Assembly: GCA_977017575.1 (NCBI GenBank)
Contig: CDRNVI010000151.1
Span: 103,657 to 167,656, forward strand
Length of the DNA: 64,000 nucleotides
Direction of reading: 5' to 3'
From: Paramoeba atlantica
Lineage: Eukaryota; Protista; Discosea
Each line of letters begins with the position of its first letter. Within the stretch, counting starts at the first letter, position 1. The translations under genes were made by a program, and so were the position numbers. The notes under the pieces were generated by a model that searched no databases, was not told the origin of the DNA, and saw nothing but the letters and a program-made list of their open reading frames with translations. Of the stretch, positions 61,455-64,000 are shown piece by piece.

Positions 61455-61891
61455 TTTCTTCAAAAGAATTTTTTGACTTGGAAAAGATGTGTGTGTGTGT
61501 GTCGCGGCTGGTTTGTTTGAGGAGAATGGTTGACCAGAAGAGAGTTCGTTGCAAAAGGGAAATGTCAACGAACACTGAAAAGCTCAAAATAAAAAGTGTT
61601 TCTTTTTTCTCGGATTTTTGCGAATTTGTTTTTTGAGATTCCCCAAAGAAAGAGAGAGAGGAAAGGGGAGAGAGAGTCAAGAGGGAAAGAGAGGAGAGGG
61701 GAGAGGGAGGTTGGCTCTTTGCCGCTTTTCTTTTTGTAAGAAAAAAATATTGTTTTCCCTCACTTTTTCCTCCATCTCTCTTCTCCTTTTCCTTTTCCTT
61801 TTCCTTTTCTTTCACTTATTATTGTCTGAGTTTTAATATTCTACAAGAAAAAGGCAAACAAAAGTATTTTTTCAAGAAGAAGATCAGATCC

Positions 61892-63745
61892 TCAAGAAAT
61901 GGAACTGAACTCCATGGGTGATCGTTCAATCGCTGTCACTGTGTATGGAGGATGAAGGAGTTTAGCAACATCCAACCAAGCAGTGCGTAACAAATCCATT
62001 GGCAAAGAGTTTTCATTTTCTCCCCAAGGTTTTTTCCCATTAAAGTGGATGATGTGCGCATTTTCAATGGCATCCTTTTGAAAAAAGGGTGTTTTTGCAT
62101 CTTTCCAGTAAACTTGATACCCAAACCCAAGGGATTTCCACTTCTGATAGAAGTAATGGCACAAGAAACTCTGATCTTCCACTCGAAAACCACAACGATA
62201 GTCCGCGTCGTCGAAGTGTTTAATCATGTCAGCAAGCAGTTTTGGAGATGGATCAAGCACAATAACTCCAGCATTGAATTCGTGCTTTATACTTGGACGC
62301 TCCGGACAAGCTGATAAAGCAGGAGTGACAGATTTATCTAACAAAGGCGCAATGGATTTGAGAGCAAAGGTGTCAGCATCCATGTATACAACGCGATCCA
62401 AATAATCAAGACCAAAGATATTAAGTTTCGTAAACATCATCCATTGGTTGTCTTTGTAACGCGATTTAAAACCGATATGGTGACTTGTGAGGTTCTTGTT
62501 TGCATACGAAAAATCAAGCAACATCCCTTCAGAACGGAGCAAGTTCCGCGCTCCCCACGACAACCCAAAGTCCAGAACAACAAAGAGAGTGTTGCTGTTG
62601 AGTGAATTAGTGTCCAACAAACTTCGATACAACACACGAACACCTGGCACATAGTTATCATTCAAGACAAACGTCACTACAGCATTCCGAGCAGGCGAGA
62701 GAATCGGATCCCAAAAGTCGTTGACCATCTTGCGATCTTTTAAACAAACACACCCAAAATCTGTTTGGCATTTCTTCAATGATGGTGATATTTTCGTGTC
62801 AAAGGATTTTGGTGGCAAATTCATTGGAGAGTGGGTGATAACTTTGTCAAAAAGCAGATTAGACCAAGAAATAACCCTTTCCTTCTCAACAAATATTCCT
62901 AAAAGTTGCGCAATCACAATTTGGTCAGGCCAATGGTTACGGTGAACACCTTGTTCATGAACAACTAAATTCTTAGAGAGTCGACGTAAAAGAGGGTCTC
63001 GCCAATCTGACATCTTGAAAATACCGAAATTTCCTGCATAAGCTGTTCGTGGGTTGATATCTCGAAGATGTTTTGGGGTGATTCTATATTTCCGAATGAA
63101 ACGTCCAAGAGCTTCAGGAAGTCCTTCTACACAATCAGCCGCACTTTCTAACGTGCATTCATGATACACATAAGCACCATTTTGATCACGAGCTCTCTCA
63201 AAAAGATCAAATGGCATAAGTTTCTCAAAGTATAAATCTGTGTCGAGTTGCATCACATAATCAAAACGATCCAACACTTCATGTTCAATAAAACCATAGA
63301 GTCGAAATGCATTCATAAAAGGATATCCTTCTCGCCACCTTCTTCCTGCACAATCCCCATACACAGCGCCTGGTGGATCGTTTTTTCTCCATGAAGGTGT
63401 GTGGAAAGATGGGTGGTTCGAGACATCAACAAATTTGATTGTGTTGGAAATTGTCGCTGTTTTGGTTCTCCAACTTGATAGTTTTGAAGAAATGCCAGAG
63501 TGAAACACTATCAGACTGACCTGAGAGGATGTTTTGTCGTATGGTTTCAGATAGTTTTGGATTACGAGTTTCAGCGAGTTTTGGAACTGTCCAAATCGTT
63601 TTTCGATTATTTTGTCTTCATCTCCAGGGCCAGCACTCAACAACCATACAATAGCATCAACATTGTTGGTTGATTCAAGAAGATTCACGCTCACAAACAA
63701 GAAGAACACCGAGAGGAACAAAAACATTTTCTTCCAACCAAACAT
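61892..63745 (-). CDS. Secreted or type II membrane two-domain glycosyltransferase: GT15/KTR-like + GT8 (glycogenin-like), single exon
   Basis: Hydrophobic N-terminus. Domain 1: GYPFMNAFR..FDYVMQLDTDLYF..FDLF..YAGNFGIF..HNWPD-type HWPDQIV. Domain 2: AVVTFV.NDNYVPGV, FTKLNIF..RVVYMDAD, FNAGVIVLDP, DQSFL, IIHFNGKKPW. Confidence 0.8.
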   Translation of the reverse strand: MFGWKKMFLFLSVFFLFVSVNLLESTNNVDAIVWLLSAGPGDEDKIIEKRFGQFQNSLKLVIQNYLKPYDKTSSQVSLIVFHSGISSKLSSWRTKTATISNTIKFVDVSNHPSFHTPSWRKNDPPGAVYGDCAGRRWREGYPFMNAFRLYGFIEHEVLDRFDYVMQLDTDLYFEKLMPFDLFERARDQNGAYVYHECTLESAADCVEGLPEALGRFIRKYRITPKHLRDINPRTAYAGNFGIFKMSDWRDPLLRRLSKNLVVHEQGVHRNHWPDQIVIAQLLGIFVEKERVISWSNLLFDKVITHSPMNLPPKSFDTKISPSLKKCQTDFGCVCLKDRKMVNDFWDPILSPARNAVVTFVLNDNYVPGVRVLYRSLLDTNSLNSNTLFVVLDFGLSWGARNLLRSEGMLLDFSYANKNLTSHHIGFKSRYKDNQWMMFTKLNIFGLDYLDRVVYMDADTFALKSIAPLLDKSVTPALSACPERPSIKHEFNAGVIVLDPSPKLLADMIKHFDDADYRCGFRVEDQSFLCHYFYQKWKSLGFGYQVYWKDAKTPFFQKDAIENAHIIHFNGKKPWGENENSLPMDLLRTAWLDVAKLLHPPYTVTAIERSPMEFSSIS

Positions 63746-63801
63746 TACCAAAAAAAAAGAAAAAAAATTCTTTTTTCAAAGTGTCGTTTTCTCTAAAAAC
63801 G

Positions 63802-63957
63802 TCAGCAAGCTCTGGAACGATTCTCTCTCTCTCTCTTTCTCTCTTGCGAGGAAGGAGGAAAGAAGGGATTTTGAAAGAATCAGCAAGCTGTGGAACGATT
63901 CTCTCTCTCTCTCTTTCTCTCTTGAGACGAGGGAGAAAAGAAGGGATTTCGAAAGAA
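63802..63957. repeat. 78-bp imperfect tandem duplication upstream of the glycosyltransferase gene
   Basis: Units 63802-63879 and 63880-63957 both read TCAGCAAGCT[C/G]TGGAACGATT(CT)n...AGAAGGGATTT[T/C]GAAAGAA. Confidence 0.9.
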
Positions 63958-64000
63958 AGAGCTTTTTTTGATGAAGAAAACGTGTTTGTTCCTCTCGGTG

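Noticed and set aside
50941-63957. CRISPR-like arrays (15-bp minisatellite, 78-bp duplication)
   Set aside because: No unique spacers, no cas genes, and a eukaryotic intronic or promoter context.

Overview
Gene-dense window of an AT-rich, intron-rich aerobic eukaryote. It uses the standard code, has short GT-AG introns full of homopolymers and microsatellites, and encodes a canonical CxxCH cytochrome c1; the gene content looks amoebozoan-like (inference). The standout is a 17.2-kb intron-free PRP8 gene (7255-24426) whose 5723-aa precursor carries SEVEN in-frame LAGLIDADG-type inteins (569, 544, 420, 490, 343, 524 and 467 aa, about 59% of the precursor). Removing them restores a normal 2366-aa Prp8 with conserved motifs rejoined at every junction. 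Four of the endonucleases have a catalytic Asp replaced, each by a residue one nucleotide away from an Asp codon; a fifth has an apparent deletion. Several inteins carry AP2-like inserts. The second surprise is a structurally intact 5S rRNA gene nested in an intron of CSE1/exportin-2. The window also holds a USP deubiquitinase, ChaC, tRNA-Met, VMA21-like, a kinase-PX protein, an orphan three-repeat protein, ankyrin, Kelch-FN3, a P/U-type cyclin, a RhoGAP and a CH-DH-PH RhoGEF in tandem, cytochrome c1, Pelota, a LIM protein, an STK16-like kinase, a SAP-like protein, an SGNH hydrolase and a two-domain glycosyltransferase. Exon boundaries of multi-exon genes were inferred by eye and are approximate. 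No database searches were run.
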